From contig OZ038378.1 of the NCBI GenBank assembly GCA_964036045.1, positions 58,156,001 through 58,220,000 on the forward strand: a stretch of DNA of 64,000 nt, given 5' to 3'. This document shows positions 62,715 to 64,000 of this stretch, piece after piece. Every line of letters starts with the position of its first letter. The stretch's first letter is position 1. A program made the translations under genes and the position numbers. Under the pieces are notes generated by a model that was not told the DNA's origin, ran no database searches, and worked only from the letters and a program-made list of their open reading frames with translations. This DNA comes from Eutreptiella sp. 'Long Island Sound 2002'. Its lineage: Eukaryota; Protista; Euglenida.

Positions 62715-64000
62715 CAATCTGCCCACTCCTGGGCCATTGCTGATTTTGTCCCCCGCCGTGCAGCGTTGAAGACCCCCCAAATGGCAGGGGTTATGTAGCC
62801 ACGAGGCCCACTTGCAGGCCACTTCTGATTCTTGTCTCCGGCTCTGAGAGGTTGGGGATCCCCCAAACAGCAGGGGTTATGTAGCCACCAGTCCCGATTG
62901 TGGGCCACTTCTGATCTTGTCTCCCACTTTGAAACGTTGGGGACCCCCTAGATGGCAGGGGTTATGTAGCCACCAGGCCCACTTGTGGGCCACTTCTGAT
63001 TTTGTCCGCCGCTTTGAAACGTTGGGGACCACCTCAGACGGCATGGGTCATGTCGACACGTGGCCCACTTGTGGGCCACTTCTAATTTTGTCCCCCCGCT
63101 GTGAGGAGTTGGGGACCCCCCAGACGGTAGTGCTTATGTGGTGCCACTTGTGCGCCACTTCTGGTTTTGTCCCTGGCTCTGAAGTGTTGGGGACCCCATA
63201 CTGCAAGGTTATGAAGCCACCAGTCCCAACTGTGGGCCAGGTCTGACTTTGTCCCCCCACATTCAAGTGGCGGGACCCCGCAGACGGCAGGGGTTATGTA
63301 CCCACTAGGCCCACTTCTCGGCCACTTCTGATTCGGTTGTCCGCTTTTAAGTGTTGGGGACCCCCTCCCCCCCCGGACAGCAAGGGTTATGTAGCCACCG
63401 GGCCCACTTGTGAGTCATTGCTGCAGCGGTCCCCCGCTTTGAAGAGCGGGGTACCTCCTAGAGTTGAGGTGTTATGTATCCAATCCGCCCACGTGTGGGC
63501 CACTTGTGAGTTGGTACCCCGCTCTCAAGCGTTGGGGACGCACGGCACTGGTTATGTAACCACCGGGCCCAATTTTGGGGTACTACTGACTTAATCCCCC
63601 GCTCTGAAGCCTTGCGGACCCCCTAGATTTTATGGATTATGTAGCCACCAAGCCCCATCGTGGGCAACTTCTCATTTGGTCCCTCGCTTTGAAGAGTTGG
63701 GGATCCCCTAGACGCCAAAGGTTATGGAATTAATTCGTACACTTGTGGGCCACTTCTGATTTTGTCCTCCACTCTCATGCGTTGGGCACGCCCCAAACGG
63801 CAACGGTTATGTAGCCACTAGGCCTACATGTGGGCCACTTCTGATTTCGTCCCCCACTCTGCAGCGATGCCCCCCCCCCCCCCCCAAACGGCAGTGGTTA
63901 TGTGGCCACCAAGCCCCCTTGTGGGCCTCTTGTGATTTTGTTCCCCGCCTTGAAGGTGTGGGGACCCCCAAGACGGCGGGGTTTGTGTAGCCACTAGGTC
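62715..64000. repeat. ~85-bp satellite array, about 15 diverged copies, running off the window
   Basis: GGTTATGTAGCCAC...GTGGGCCACTTCTGATTTTGTC...TTGGGGACCCC recurs every 85-86 bp. Confidence 0.95.

Overview
Repeat-dense eukaryotic genomic DNA with GT-AG introns, microsatellites and satellites; no rRNA, tRNA or bacterial features are supported. The style suggests a TE-rich protist such as a euglenid, but this cannot be proven from the sequence. Most of the window is nested, partly decayed mobile DNA: a PIF/Harbinger transposase remnant, TA-TSD TIR elements and MITEs, foldback elements, non-LTR and Penelope-like retroelement remnants, and at least three families of DDE transposases with CMC/Transib/RAG1-like motifs. 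One probable host exon (coiled-coil) lies at 61694-62143 and an 85-bp satellite ends the window. Two observations stand out. (1) Two homologous transposons (A ~12.9-19.0 kb, B ~37.4-44.3 kb) each encode a transposase plus a ParB-like protein with a possible methyltransferase-like region. Each is studded with its own unrelated 16-18-bp palindrome (TGGCCGAAATTTCGGCCA versus GCGCTCTGCAGAGCGC), and clustered copies keep the same ~70-bp period with unique spacers. This suggests a ParB/parS-like or VANC-like self-recognition system. (2) A PhyH-type 2OG-Fe(II) dioxygenase appears fused to a Zn finger and a RAG1/Transib-like transposase. It is captured inside a CMC element and hidden by a 470-bp inversion.
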